Position numbers and translations under genes: made by a program
Shown: piece by piece, positions 27,051 through 37,780 of the stretch
How positions within the stretch are numbered: position 1 is the stretch's first letter
Layout: each line of letters opens with the position of its first letter
The notes under the pieces: model-generated
The model's input: the letters and a program-made list of their open reading frames with translations, nothing else
Told to the model about the DNA's origin: nothing
Databases searched by the model: none
DNA from: an uncultured Bacteroidales bacterium
GTDB taxonomy: Bacteria > Bacteroidota > Bacteroidia > Bacteroidales > UBA3663
Reading direction: 5' to 3'
Length of the DNA stretch: 64,000 nt
Assembly: GCA_946631995.1 (NCBI GenBank)
Contig: CAMPAQ010000002.1
Coordinates: 98,054 to 162,053, forward strand

Positions 27051-28775
27051 TCACTTCATCGGCAGATACCAGTTGCTCGTCGTCATCAGACGGGTGCGCA
27101 TAGCGGGGTCGATGTCGCCGTCGCGTGCGGCAACCTTGTCGGCCAGATAGGCGGGATCGTCGCGGCGCAGGGCAACACGCATCAGGTCGTAGAAGCGGTG
27201 GCCCTCGAAGAAGGTCTCCATGGCCTGCTCTTCGATGATGCGGTCTTCAACCCAGAGGATGGTGTCGGCAGCAGTCGGAAGCACAGGAATCGCGTAGGCG
27301 GTGTCGGCATCGGCTGCGGTGCCTGCTGCACAATGGATGCCGATGACGGTGCCGAGCGTTGTCGAAGAAGAACCTCCGCCCAAAGCTGCATCGCACCGCG
27401 TGGTATAGTCCGAACCGACGAAGATGGCCGGATCGAAATAGATGAGGCTGCCGGCGCGCTCCACTTCATCGGCCGCAATCGGGTTGCCGCCGGCGCGGTT
27501 GGTGGTGTTGTCTTCACACAGGCCATACTTCAGCACGGCGAAGGCTGCGGTCGGGAATCCGGCGCGGTTCAGGGCCTCGGCATAGTGCAAATAGATGTAT
27601 GGGCTGCGATAGATGTCGAGCGTAGAACTGTAGATCTTGCCGTTCACGGTCTGGTACGAGCGGCTCCACTTGTCCTTGTAGTCGGACGTGTAGCTCTGGC
27701 GCACGTGGGCACGGATGCGCAAGTCGCCGTTGAGCTCGCGCTCGCTGTAGTGATGCTCCGGCCAGACGATGGTGTCGCGCGTCATGTCGGGCTGAACATC
27801 GACCACAACGCACCGCGTTGACTCGCTCTGACGCAACAGCGCCTCGGAATATGTGATCTCGTAGTAGTACTTGTTGTCGCTGGTCGATTCGTATATGTCG
27901 GGCAGCTGCGACACCACGCCATCATACATTGCATCGCTCTCGTAGGCCAAACTGAACTGAGCTCTCGATGAATAGGAGACCTTGTAGTCATAGAGTCCAC
28001 TTACATACTTGCGGTAGTTGAGGCCCAGATAGAGGGGAACCGGAGCATCGACATCGGTGAGGTATTCATGATACCAGTAGGCGGCTTCGTTGTATTCTCC
28101 GGCCCAGAGGTTAAGCTCGGCCAGCATCAGTTTCGGTGCAATCTGGACTTCTTCGTCCAGCCACGGAATCGGCTTGACGGTGGCCGACGGCTCGATGTCG
28201 TCGATGAGTCGGCTGCACACCTGGCTGATGTTGAGCTTTGGCTGCTTCATGATTTCATCGGCCGCAAGCTGGTTGTCGATGAAGTCCAGATAGAACGGGA
28301 TTTCGCCGTAGTTGAGTGCAAGCTGCAGATAGACCCATGCGCGATAGCAGCGCATTGCGGCCAGTTCGCGCTCGAACACGAGGCGGCCGTTCTTCTTGAG
28401 CGTTGAGTCGGCATTGTTGATGAAGTAGTTGCAGTTGTTGATAATCGCGTAGTAGTCCTGCGGATTGTTATAGACGTTGTCGGTGCTGACGTCGTTGGCC
28501 GCAAGTTCCTGCAGGTCTTCCGATGCGCTCGCCGTGAGGGTTGACAGGTCGGCACGCACTTCGCCAAGCAGGTTGGTGCGGTCGAGGATCGGCTGCATGA
28601 GGTGAATCAGACCTATGACCGAATAGACGGTGTCGTAGGGCGTGTCGAGCTGGTTGTCTTCCGGATAGAGCACGATGTCCGACTCCGGCTTGAGCATATC
28701 TTCGCACGATGTCGAGGTCAGGGCTGTGGCCAATGCAACGGTCGAGAGCAACGTGCCGTAAAGTATCTTTTTCAT
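27051..28775 (-). CDS. SusD/RagB-family nutrient-binding lipoprotein
   Basis: 574 aa with lipoprotein signal ALATALTSTSC. It carries a SusD-like TPR region (ELAAMRCYRAWVYLQLALNYGEIPF) and lies directly downstream of a SusC-like gene. Confidence 0.9.
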   Translation of the reverse strand: MKKILYGTLLSTVALATALTSTSCEDMLKPESDIVLYPEDNQLDTPYDTVYSVIGLIHLMQPILDRTNLLGEVRADLSTLTASASEDLQELAANDVSTDNVYNNPQDYYAIINNCNYFINNADSTLKKNGRLVFERELAAMRCYRAWVYLQLALNYGEIPFYLDFIDNQLAADEIMKQPKLNISQVCSRLIDDIEPSATVKPIPWLDEEVQIAPKLMLAELNLWAGEYNEAAYWYHEYLTDVDAPVPLYLGLNYRKYVSGLYDYKVSYSSRAQFSLAYESDAMYDGVVSQLPDIYESTSDNKYYYEITYSEALLRQSESTRCVVVDVQPDMTRDTIVWPEHHYSERELNGDLRIRAHVRQSYTSDYKDKWSRSYQTVNGKIYSSTLDIYRSPYIYLHYAEALNRAGFPTAAFAVLKYGLCEDNTTNRAGGNPIAADEVERAGSLIYFDPAIFVGSDYTTRCDAALGGGSSSTTLGTVIGIHCAAGTAADADTAYAIPVLPTAADTILWVEDRIIEEQAMETFFEGHRFYDLMRVALRRDDPAYLADKVAARDGDIDPAMRTRLMTTSNWYLPMK

Positions 28776-28904
28776 ATTCTTTTAAGGTTTTGAGGTTTTG
28801 AGGTTCTGAGGTTTTAAGGTTATTTTGCTGAAGTCATTAGGTCTTGAGGTTCTGAGGTATAAAACCTTACAACCTGATAACCTTACAACCTCACGACCTC
28901 ATAC
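28776..28904 (-). repeat. intercistronic hairpin element A (tandem TGAGGT units plus inverted AACCTCA units)
   Basis: It fills the whole SusC-stop to SusD-start gap. The plus strand has 5 TGAGGT units on the left and AACCT/ACCTCA units on the right. It is homologous to element B. Confidence 0.8.
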
Positions 28905-31900
28905 TTACAGATTAATCTTCACACCAGCGCTGAAGTTGCGGCTCATCGGGAGCAGGCCACGGTCGATGCCTTGCAGCAGCACGTTGTTCGATGCCGAGAA
29001 TTCGGGGTCGCTGCCGAGGTATTTGGTCAGAGTGAAGAGGTTCTGGACGCCGCCCCACACGGTGATGCCCTGCAAGTAGCGCGAATAGAAGTCCCATGTG
29101 TAGCTCAGGCGGATGTTCTTCAGACGTAGGTACGAGCCATCTTCAATCCAGCGGTCGCTGAAGCGGCTGTTGCCCATCGGGTCGCCGTATGCGATGCGCG
29201 GCATGTCGGTCTGCTGGCCCTCGCTCGACCAGCGCGAACGCATGGCCGTGGTCTGGTTGTGGAAGCGTGAGCCGGCCTCGAGCAGCGAGCGCTGGTAGTT
29301 ATAGACATCGTTGCCGAGTGAGTAGTTGAACACGACGTCGAGCGCGAGCTTGCGCCACTGGAGGTGCGACGTGATGTTGCCGTAGATGTCGGGGTTCGGA
29401 TTGCCGATGACTACGCGGTCGGCATCGTTGATGATGTCGTTGCCGTCGTGGTCGATGAAGCGCATGTCGCCAGCCTCGAAGTACTGCTTCTCGCCGGTGC
29501 GGAGCACGATGCATTTGCCGTCTGCCGCAGCCTCGGCGCTGGTGCTATAGACGCCGTCGGTCTGGTAGCCGTAGAAGAGGCCCACCGGATGGCCCACCAT
29601 GGTGGCGATGTTGCCGCCGTAGGCTTCGGTCAGGAAGTCGCCGCTCGGCAGTTCGGTCACCTCGTTCTTGTAGTGGCCCACACTGAGGCCGAGCTGCCAC
29701 TGCCAGTCGCGCGTGTTGATTACCTTGCCCTGCACCTCGATGTCGAAGCCGGTGTTTTCAATCTTGCCCTTGTTGCTCCAGTTGCTGTCGAAGCCCACAA
29801 GGTAGTTGAGAGCCTGCTTCGAGAGCATGTCGGATGTCCAGCCCTTATAGGCATTGACGGCCAATGACACACGGTTGTCAACCAGATTGGCCTCGGCTCC
29901 CCACGAGAGGCGCTTGGTGGTCTCCCACTTGAGCGATGTGTTGCCGATGCCGCCCAGTGCGATGCCGACAGCCGATTCATGGATCTTGACCGACTTGAAG
30001 TAGGTGCGCGATGCGTTGAGATCGACGTCGTCGTTGCCGGTCAGGTCCCATGCGGCATTGATGCGCAGGTAGTTGAGCCAGCGGTTGGCCGGCATCCAGT
30101 CCTCATTGGTCACGACCCACGATGCACCGACCGACGGGAAGACGCCCCATGCCACGTCGAACATCTTCAGGGCGTGGTCGGCATCCTTGCCGAAGCGGGT
30201 GTTGGCCTCAAGGCTCATTGCGGCGTCGATGAAGTATTTGTCCCACAGGCCGTAGTTGGCCGACGCGTAGTAGGTGAGCGAAGTCACCTTCTCGTTCACG
30301 CCGTCGCTCTTGCGGTAGGTCAGGTCCTTGTTGATGTCGGGGATGTTGTCGTTGCCCGAATTGTAGGCCGTCAACCCATTGCCCTGATAGGTGTTGACCG
30401 CGTAGCGGAAGCCGCCGTCGAGGTTGAGGCGGTGTCCCTGCTTGACGTACTGCCAGTTGAGGCGCAGGTCGTTGCACAGCAGGTACTGGCGCGAGCTTGC
30501 GCTCTGGAGCGTGTTGCGCAGCGGCTGGGTGACCTTTGGCAGTTCGTAGTATGGCACACCGAAGACGGGAACGTAGTTGCCCTCGTCGGTGTTGAAGAGC
30601 ACGAAGCTGAAGTTGTCGCTCAACGTGAGGTTGTGGTCGAACTTTGCCGTTGGCGTGAGGCTCAGCGTGACCATTCGGGAGCCGAAACTGTTCTTGTTGC
30701 GGCCCTCGCCGTAGGTCAGGATGGCGGTCGGGTTGGCCAGACGGCCCTCGCCGGTGCGGTCGTAGAGCACACTGCTCAGGTAGTTGTCGGCATCGGCCAG
30801 ATAGTCGGAGAGCACGCCGCGTGTGTCGTACTGGTAGGGCGACAGGAACGGGCTCTTGATGAGGCCGAGGAAGCCGGGCGCGGTGATGACGGCGTTGTCG
30901 ATGTCGTCGGGAGCACCGTCGTTGCGCATGTTGCGGTTCACGTCGCTGTAGCTGGCATCGAGGCGGACATTCATCCACGAAGCGAGCTTGAGGTCGCTGT
31001 TGATGCGCAGGTTGAAGCGCGACATGTCGTTCTTCTTCAGCGTGGCCTCGCTCTTGATGTAGCCGAGCGAGATGTTGTAGTCGGCCGCATCGTCGCCGCC
31101 CTGCACGTTGATGCTGTAGCGCTGGGCGAAGGCTTCGTCATAGACCTCCTTCTTCCAGTCGGTGTTGTTATGATAGACTTTGTAGTAGTAGTAGTTGGGG
31201 TCTTCGCGCAGGAAGACGAATTCGTTGGCCTCGACGCCGGTCGTTCCGAGCAGTTCGGAGGCATAGGTGCGGTATTCCGACGCGTTCATCATGTCGGGCA
31301 ACGTCGGCACCTGCTCGAACGCACCAGAGATGTTGACGTCGATCCGCGTGTCGTAGCTGTGGCTGCGCTTGGTCTCGATGAGGATGACGCCGTTGGCACC
31401 CTTTGCGCCGTAGATGGCGGTTCCGTTGCGCAGCACCTTGACCGATGCGATGTCATCGACCGAGATGTTGGCCAGCAGGTTGTTGTAGAATCCGTCGTGC
31501 TTGGCTTCGCGGCCATACTGCATGTCGAGGATGATGCCATCGACCACGACAAGCGGCTGCGTGTTGACGTGCAGCGAGTTGATGCCGTTGATCAGCGTGA
31601 AGGCGCCCATGCCCGGCACACCGCCACGGGTCACGGTGCGGAGCTGGCCGCTCAGCGTCGATGCGATCTGGTTGTCGGCCGATGCGTCGGTCGTGAGGTC
31701 GCTGACGTTGGCCGTGAGCGATGTCTGTGCGGAGTTGGACAGGCCTACCTTGTCGGTGAACGTGGCCGGATAGAGTGCGGCATCGACGTCGGTCTGGCGG
31801 CCTGAGAGCGGAATCTGCTGTGCGTTGTAGCCCGCACGGACTATGCGGAGGCTCTTGACGTGGTCGGGCAGCACGATGACGTACTGGCCGGTCGAGTCGG

Positions 31901-32063
31901 TCATGGAGGCTATCTTCTTGTCCGAGAAGGCCTGGACATAGACACCGGCAAGCGGCTGCTGCGTGTGTGCGTCGCGGATGGTGCCCTGCACTGTGGTGTC
32001 GGCCAATGCCGTGGTGGCCATCAGCGCAGAAATGCCTAATATGAATGAGTTTTTCATTGTCAT
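28905..32063 (-). CDS. SusC/RagA-family TonB-dependent outer-membrane transporter
   Basis: 1052 aa. It has an N-terminal carboxypeptidase-regulatory-like domain (TVQGTIRDAHTQQPLAGVYVQAF), a plug (PLVVVDGIIL) and a C-terminal ...NFSAGVKINL. Confidence 0.9.
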   Translation of the reverse strand: MTMKNSFILGISALMATTALADTTVQGTIRDAHTQQPLAGVYVQAFSDKKIASMTDSTGQYVIVLPDHVKSLRIVRAGYNAQQIPLSGRQTDVDAALYPATFTDKVGLSNSAQTSLTANVSDLTTDASADNQIASTLSGQLRTVTRGGVPGMGAFTLINGINSLHVNTQPLVVVDGIILDMQYGREAKHDGFYNNLLANISVDDIASVKVLRNGTAIYGAKGANGVILIETKRSHSYDTRIDVNISGAFEQVPTLPDMMNASEYRTYASELLGTTGVEANEFVFLREDPNYYYYKVYHNNTDWKKEVYDEAFAQRYSINVQGGDDAADYNISLGYIKSEATLKKNDMSRFNLRINSDLKLASWMNVRLDASYSDVNRNMRNDGAPDDIDNAVITAPGFLGLIKSPFLSPYQYDTRGVLSDYLADADNYLSSVLYDRTGEGRLANPTAILTYGEGRNKNSFGSRMVTLSLTPTAKFDHNLTLSDNFSFVLFNTDEGNYVPVFGVPYYELPKVTQPLRNTLQSASSRQYLLCNDLRLNWQYVKQGHRLNLDGGFRYAVNTYQGNGLTAYNSGNDNIPDINKDLTYRKSDGVNEKVTSLTYYASANYGLWDKYFIDAAMSLEANTRFGKDADHALKMFDVAWGVFPSVGASWVVTNEDWMPANRWLNYLRINAAWDLTGNDDVDLNASRTYFKSVKIHESAVGIALGGIGNTSLKWETTKRLSWGAEANLVDNRVSLAVNAYKGWTSDMLSKQALNYLVGFDSNWSNKGKIENTGFDIEVQGKVINTRDWQWQLGLSVGHYKNEVTELPSGDFLTEAYGGNIATMVGHPVGLFYGYQTDGVYSTSAEAAADGKCIVLRTGEKQYFEAGDMRFIDHDGNDIINDADRVVIGNPNPDIYGNITSHLQWRKLALDVVFNYSLGNDVYNYQRSLLEAGSRFHNQTTAMRSRWSSEGQQTDMPRIAYGDPMGNSRFSDRWIEDGSYLRLKNIRLSYTWDFYSRYLQGITVWGGVQNLFTLTKYLGSDPEFSASNNVLLQGIDRGLLPMSRNFSAGVKINL

Positions 32064-32087
32064 AACTAATTGCGGTTGTCGAAATTA

Positions 32088-33869
32088 TTAGTTGCCGGCC
32101 TCGGTGTCGGTGTGAGGTTTGAAGACGATGCGGTCAACGAACCAGACGCCCCAATACTTGTTGGTCTCCTGATTGGTGATGGCGTTGATGATCTTGACTC
32201 GCGTAGTGGGCTGCGACAGCGCGTAGCTGCACGTCGGGAAGGTCATGGTGCAGAGCTTCACCGAATCGACCGACAACGGGTCGTTGATGAAGGCGCGCGT
32301 GTTGGCGTTGGTCGGGTTGACGTTGCAGTCGAACAGGTATGGGTCGCTCGACGAGCCTTTCACGTAGTAGGCATCGCTCTCGGGGTCGATCTTGTAGTGC
32401 GTCTTGCAATCGACGGTGTGCGACTTGCCGTCCAGACCCTGATAGGTGATTTCGGCCTTGAACTTGGCCGGACGCAGGTTACGCTTGCCGGCCGTGGTGC
32501 TGTCGTCGAAAGGCAGCGTCGGGTTGACGTCGCGCGGCAGGAAGACGACATAGACATCGTAGGTACCCGACTTCACGCCGCCAATCTCGCACTCGAAGAA
32601 GTAGGGGTCGGTCTGAGTCTGCGGAGTGAAGGTCATGTAGTTGTAGGTCACGCGGCTGTCGTTGGTCGGCACGATTTCGGCTGTCAGCTTCTTGGTCTTG
32701 ACGCCCTCCTCGTAGGTTGTCAGACAGCCCTCGATGTCGTTGATGAGCGGATAGAAGTAGAGGTGCTCTTTGTAGAACGGCCACTTGTCGAGCTTGTAGA
32801 TCCAGCCGTTGGAGCACTGCTGCGAGCCGCTCCATGTGCCGGGGTGGAACAGGCCGCCCTCGTCGAACACGTCGTAGTAAACGTGGTGCAGGAAGAGCTC
32901 TTCGGTCTCGTAGGGCGAATACACCCACGGTGTGCTGGCGAAATAGCGGCTTGGATTGTGCTGATCCTTGGGGTTGTAGAAGAGGTCCTGCATCAGGGCG
33001 TAGTGGGAATAAAGCTCGTGGAGCGAGTCTGGCTTATCGACACCAACGTAGTTGAAGTAGGTCTCGGCCTCGGCATAGAGCGAATCCCAGAGCTCCTTCT
33101 CGGGAATCAGTGCCCAATAGGTCGAGTCTTCGCCGTTGAGCACACCAAAACTGTAGGTGCCGAGCAGGGGGTTGGTCGAATAGAACACCGAGTCGATATA
33201 GACCGTCTTGCCATCGACGACACCCTTGGCGAGCGATGCTGCCTCGTCGAGCTTGTCAACCTGATAGCTGCGCAGGAAGCGGCCGATGTGCTCATATTCG
33301 GGCAGGCCGACCAGAGCCTCATAGATGTTGTGGTAGTAGGGCGACTGCTGCTTCAGGATGTGCATCACGCCGTTGCGGGCTGCGACGTTCGTCTCGACGA
33401 AGCCGATGCCGTTGAACGATGCGGCATTCTGCGTGATGGTCTTGCCGTTGAACATGTAGATGGCCTCGTCGTCGGCCTTGACCGAATGGGCGAAGCGCGC
33501 TACGTGGTTTTTCACAAAGTGAAGCTCGACGAGCGAGTCGCCCGTGGTGGTCTGGCACATCTGGATGAGCGAGTCGCGGTTGAAGGTGCCGTTGACGGGT
33601 GCCCACACGGTGAAGAACTGGTCGTTGCCGAGCAGGGTGGCATAGGTCACGTCGGTCTGGCGGCAGTTGGAGAAGACCTTTGTCTTGTCGAGCACGTCGC
33701 AGAAGTCTGACAACTCCGGACGCGAGCGCAGCACGTCGTAGAGGCTGGCGGTACCCATCGGAGCGTCGGCCTTCTGTCCGTAGTGGTCGTCCCAGTCGTC
33801 CTGACAGCCGGTCAGGCAAGCGGTTGCCGTGGCGGCTGCAATGAGCGCAAGTTTTATTTTGTTGTTCAT
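32088..33869 (-). CDS. fasciclin (FAS1) domain lipoprotein
   Basis: 593 aa with lipobox ATACLTGC. FAS1 motifs are FFTVWAPVNGTF and ARNGVMHILKQ. Confidence 0.7.
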   Translation of the reverse strand: MNNKIKLALIAAATATACLTGCQDDWDDHYGQKADAPMGTASLYDVLRSRPELSDFCDVLDKTKVFSNCRQTDVTYATLLGNDQFFTVWAPVNGTFNRDSLIQMCQTTTGDSLVELHFVKNHVARFAHSVKADDEAIYMFNGKTITQNAASFNGIGFVETNVAARNGVMHILKQQSPYYHNIYEALVGLPEYEHIGRFLRSYQVDKLDEAASLAKGVVDGKTVYIDSVFYSTNPLLGTYSFGVLNGEDSTYWALIPEKELWDSLYAEAETYFNYVGVDKPDSLHELYSHYALMQDLFYNPKDQHNPSRYFASTPWVYSPYETEELFLHHVYYDVFDEGGLFHPGTWSGSQQCSNGWIYKLDKWPFYKEHLYFYPLINDIEGCLTTYEEGVKTKKLTAEIVPTNDSRVTYNYMTFTPQTQTDPYFFECEIGGVKSGTYDVYVVFLPRDVNPTLPFDDSTTAGKRNLRPAKFKAEITYQGLDGKSHTVDCKTHYKIDPESDAYYVKGSSSDPYLFDCNVNPTNANTRAFINDPLSVDSVKLCTMTFPTCSYALSQPTTRVKIINAITNQETNKYWGVWFVDRIVFKPHTDTEAGN

Positions 33870-34023
33870 AATTTTAGGTTGTGAGATTTTGAGGTTATGA
33901 GGTTTTGAGGTTCCCTTGCTAAGGTTTTGAGGGTGTTTTGCTGAGGTATTCAGGTCTTGAGGTATATAACCTTATAACCTCACAACCTTAAAACCTCATA
34001 ACCTTAGCCAAGCCCTTTTATGT
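33870..34023 (-). repeat. intercistronic hairpin element B (homolog of A)
   Basis: It fills the gap between the two FAS1 genes. It shares the core TTTTGCTGAGGTATTCAGGTCTTGAGGTATATAACCTTATAACCTCACAACC with element A. Confidence 0.8.
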
Positions 34024-36018
34024 TCAATATCTGTCTTCAGCCACGACACCGTTATAGACGCTCTTTGGCACGATTTCGATATAGTCGAGCGACATTTCGG
34101 CATTGTTGTCGAGCACCTGGCGCAGGCGGATGTAGTAGTCGTGGCCCTCCTCAAAATACTTGGTGGTGAGGATGCGGCGCAGGCACTGCTTGTAGCCGTT
34201 GTTGCGCATGGTGGTCTCGCCGTGCGGGTGGGTGTACGAACCCGGACCCTTCATGTAGCCCTGGTTGCGCATAGCCTTGTCGTTGGCCTCGATGGCCTCT
34301 TCGTCGCCAAGGTCGGCATCGAACTCCCAGCCGTAGGCATCGCCGAACTTACGGAGGTCAACTGGGATGCCGCACGGGATGTCGCCCGTCAGGTTGTCGT
34401 CGAAGTAGATCTGCACGACGGTACGCTCGCTGCCGGCCTGATAGCCGAGGCGCACCTCGTAGGTCTGCCCCGATGGCACTGGCGGCAGCTTGAACTTGAT
34501 GTCGAAGTTGTCGAGGCAGGCGCACATGTCGTCTTCGTATGAATTGCACCAGAAGCGCTCGTGCACGCCGTAGAAGGTGTCTTCGCCGAAGATGAAGTTC
34601 TTGGTGAAGCCAGGCTTGAAGCCCATCATGAGGTATTCGGAGCCCTTCGACTTGTCGTCGGAGTTGCGGATGATGTTGCGTGCGCCGGCATTCATGAAGT
34701 CGGGCGACAGCGTGGTGGCGTCGATGCGCATACGGGTGTTGAGAATCTTGCCGATAGTCACGTCGAGGTCATACTGCACGAGGCGGTCAACGTAGTAATA
34801 GACGCCGTTACGCGAGTCGCTGTAGTCGCTGTAGAGGGCGTTCGACTCGGATGGCGTGAGGATGCGCGCGCCCACCTGGTCGGAACTGACCTTCTGGCCG
34901 ACGCCGTTGCGGTTCACATATTTCTGGCCGACGGCATCGCTCACCTTCAGGATGGTGTAGGGAGCCATCGTCTCGTAGAACTCCATGATGTCCTGCTTGT
35001 CGGTGAGGAACTGCGAGCGCACCGAGCCGTCGAATCCGGCCTCCGACACGGTCAGCTCCGAATAGGACGACCAGCGGTCCAGGATGTGGTAGGCGACCCA
35101 GCGGTTGAGCGGGTTCTTGCGGTTGGACCAGTCGTTGTCATACAGGCCGGCATCCTGCGGATAGGTGCGGTCATAGACCTCCTTGGCATGGCGCTTGAGG
35201 TCGTCGAGGCTATTGATGCCGTACTTGTTGTAGATCGAGTCGGGCTCGGCGAAGATGGAGTATTTGAACTCGCGCTTGGCCGGGAAGCGGTAATAGACGT
35301 TGTGGTTGCCGAAGTACTTGGTGTGCTTCTTGTCGGCCACGGTCGAGTCGGGGTCGATGACGTAGTCCTCGTCTTCGATGCGGCTGTCGATGGTGTCGGC
35401 CAGACCGGTGAGGCGCAAGGCGGCACCGAAGATGGTGAGGTTCGGGTCATTGCACACAAGCTCGCCCAACAGGACGGACGACGAGGTGATGACCTGGTTG
35501 ACTACGTGCATTACGCCGTTCTCGACCGAGTCGTCGCGCACGATCATCTCCGACGAGTTGATGTGGTACTTCACTTCGCCGGCCACGGTGTCGCAGGTGA
35601 GGGTGAGGTAGCGGTTGTTCATGTTGGTGGTAGGCAGCGAGCCGTCGCCGAGGTCGGTGGTGAAGTAGGCCACCTTGAGCAGGTGCATCCACGCCAAGGT
35701 GTCGCACTCGGCATCGGTCAGGTCGTCAACGCTGGCCTTGTCGCGCTTGGCGAGGTAGTCGTTGATGGCATCGTTGGTCGGTGCGAAGCAGGTGAATGTG
35801 CCGTAGGTCGAGAGCAGGTCCCACAGTTCGGCACGCTGCAGCACATCGACGAATTCGGTGAACCGCTGAGCCGTGTCGTTCTGCAGATAGTCCGTAACCA
35901 TCTCACCGGTGAAGGTGTAGTAGGCATCCTGCGGAATCGAGTCGTCGATGCACGATGTGACCGTCCATGCCGAACTCAGTCCGAGCAGTGCGCACAATGT
36001 ATAGAATATCTTTTTCAT
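34024..36018 (-). CDS. fasciclin (FAS1) domain lipoprotein
   Basis: 664 aa with lipobox AWTVTSC. FAS1 motifs are FTCFAPTNDAINDYL and VENGVMHVVNQVI. Confidence 0.7.
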   Translation of the reverse strand: MKKIFYTLCALLGLSSAWTVTSCIDDSIPQDAYYTFTGEMVTDYLQNDTAQRFTEFVDVLQRAELWDLLSTYGTFTCFAPTNDAINDYLAKRDKASVDDLTDAECDTLAWMHLLKVAYFTTDLGDGSLPTTNMNNRYLTLTCDTVAGEVKYHINSSEMIVRDDSVENGVMHVVNQVITSSSVLLGELVCNDPNLTIFGAALRLTGLADTIDSRIEDEDYVIDPDSTVADKKHTKYFGNHNVYYRFPAKREFKYSIFAEPDSIYNKYGINSLDDLKRHAKEVYDRTYPQDAGLYDNDWSNRKNPLNRWVAYHILDRWSSYSELTVSEAGFDGSVRSQFLTDKQDIMEFYETMAPYTILKVSDAVGQKYVNRNGVGQKVSSDQVGARILTPSESNALYSDYSDSRNGVYYYVDRLVQYDLDVTIGKILNTRMRIDATTLSPDFMNAGARNIIRNSDDKSKGSEYLMMGFKPGFTKNFIFGEDTFYGVHERFWCNSYEDDMCACLDNFDIKFKLPPVPSGQTYEVRLGYQAGSERTVVQIYFDDNLTGDIPCGIPVDLRKFGDAYGWEFDADLGDEEAIEANDKAMRNQGYMKGPGSYTHPHGETTMRNNGYKQCLRRILTTKYFEEGHDYYIRLRQVLDNNAEMSLDYIEIVPKSVYNGVVAEDRY

Positions 36019-36034
36019 AGTCGTAAGGATGATT

Positions 36035-37780
36035 TTATTTCTTTGAAGTCTCGGTGGTGACGTAGGCCGGATTCTGTTTGATGTTGTCCGGGTTCATGTC
36101 AATCTCGCGCTCGGCGTAAGGCCAGAACAGGGCGTTCTGCGACTGCAACTGGACGCGGATTCGGTTGGCATTCTTCTGCTGCTTCGGCAGGACGGTGTTG
36201 ATGAGGTCCTGGTTGTTGCCGTCGTGCAGTGCGTAGCGCACAAGGTCGTACCAGCGCTTGCCCTCGAACATCAGCTCGCGGTGACGTTCGTCGCGCACCA
36301 GCTGTCGCATTGAAGCCTGGTCGGAATATTTGTCGGCCGCAAGGCAGTTGCTGTTGCCCTCGGTGAGGTCGTTGGCGCGGTTGTAGATGGCCGACACGAT
36401 TTCAAATGCCTCTTTCAGGTTATCCTCGCCGCCCAGCTCGACCAGAGCCTCGGCGCGGAGCAGCATGATGTCCGGCAGGCGGTAGATCGGCCAGTTCAGG
36501 TTGCCCTTGGTCGAATACTCGTTCACATAGACCGTCACCTTCGGCGTGTTTCCGGCCTGCGTGGGCAGGGTAAACTCGAATCCACCATATTGGAACTTGT
36601 GGATTTCGATGCCGCTCTCGGGCACGGGCACCGGGAAGTACTCGCAGAAGCGGCAGTCGGTGTATTTGAAGTACTTGTTGGCGTCGGTGAAGGCGCTGGT
36701 GACCAGATCGGGATTCACGTTGCAGAGCGCACGCTTGTTGGCATCCTGCCAGCTGTAGATGAACGTAGCGGTAATCGGGTTCTCCTTGCTCTGGTTGTGG
36801 TCGTAAAGTTCGAAGACCGACTCGAGCGAGTTGCCGGCACCAAAGTTCATATAGTAGGCATTGCCGCAGATGTTGCTGCCCACCTCCGACTCGTTGTAGA
36901 GCGGATATTTGTCGTTGTGCAGCTTGACATCGGTGACGAGCGACGGATATTCCTCCTTCGTCTCGCGGTAGAGGTTGGCCTTGAAGTCGATGACCTTCTG
37001 CGCATAGTCGGCGCAGGCCTGGTATTCGCCCAGCCAGAGGTTGATGTCGGCCAAAAGCGCGTAGAACGAGCAGAGGGTGACGCGGCTCGTGTTGTAAGGG
37101 TTGTCGGCGCGGGTGTATCTGCCTGACATTGGCGGATAGTATCGCATGGCATCGCCCTGCACGGCCTCGAGGTCGGTGACGAGCTGGCGCAGCAGCGGCG
37201 TGAACTCGGTGAGCGGGATGCGGTAGTCATTGTCGATGTCGTCGTCGGTGAGCGACGGCTTGGTCACGTAGGGCACGTCGCGGAAGGTGCGCGCGAGGTA
37301 GAAGTAGCACAGCGAACGGATCCAGACGGCCTCGGCAATGTTGGCACGGAGGTCCGACTCGCCGTAGTTCGGGTCGCGCTCGGCCACCTTCGGGGCGAAC
37401 TCGATGACGGTGTTGCAGCGGTTGATGACCTGATAGAAGGCCGTCCACGTGACGTTGGGGTTGGTTTCGAGGATGTTCTCTTCGATGATCTGCTGTATGT
37501 TGATGTCGTTGGCGCTCTTGGCATAGACCACGTTGTCCGAACGGAGCTCGCCCCAGATGAACAGTCGCTTCATGAAGTTTTCATCCAACATGCCCGAGTA
37601 GCAGGAGTTGACCACGCTCTCGACGTCGGACTTGTCCTCCCAATAGTTCTCGAACACGATCTCGCCCATCGGCTTCTGGTCGAGGAAGTCGTCGCACGCG
37701 CTGAAGGCTACGGCCGATGCCCCAACCGGAAGTGCCGCGCCAAGCAGCCACTTGCCTATGTTTTTCGAAATATTATTCAT
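36035..37780 (-). CDS. SusD/RagB-family nutrient-binding lipoprotein
   Basis: 581 aa with lipobox AVAFSAC. SusD-like motifs are FIWGELRSDN and WIRSLCYFYLARTFRDVPY. It is downstream of a SusC-like gene. Confidence 0.9.
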   Translation of the reverse strand: MNNISKNIGKWLLGAALPVGASAVAFSACDDFLDQKPMGEIVFENYWEDKSDVESVVNSCYSGMLDENFMKRLFIWGELRSDNVVYAKSANDINIQQIIEENILETNPNVTWTAFYQVINRCNTVIEFAPKVAERDPNYGESDLRANIAEAVWIRSLCYFYLARTFRDVPYVTKPSLTDDDIDNDYRIPLTEFTPLLRQLVTDLEAVQGDAMRYYPPMSGRYTRADNPYNTSRVTLCSFYALLADINLWLGEYQACADYAQKVIDFKANLYRETKEEYPSLVTDVKLHNDKYPLYNESEVGSNICGNAYYMNFGAGNSLESVFELYDHNQSKENPITATFIYSWQDANKRALCNVNPDLVTSAFTDANKYFKYTDCRFCEYFPVPVPESGIEIHKFQYGGFEFTLPTQAGNTPKVTVYVNEYSTKGNLNWPIYRLPDIMLLRAEALVELGGEDNLKEAFEIVSAIYNRANDLTEGNSNCLAADKYSDQASMRQLVRDERHRELMFEGKRWYDLVRYALHDGNNQDLINTVLPKQQKNANRIRVQLQSQNALFWPYAEREIDMNPDNIKQNPAYVTTETSKK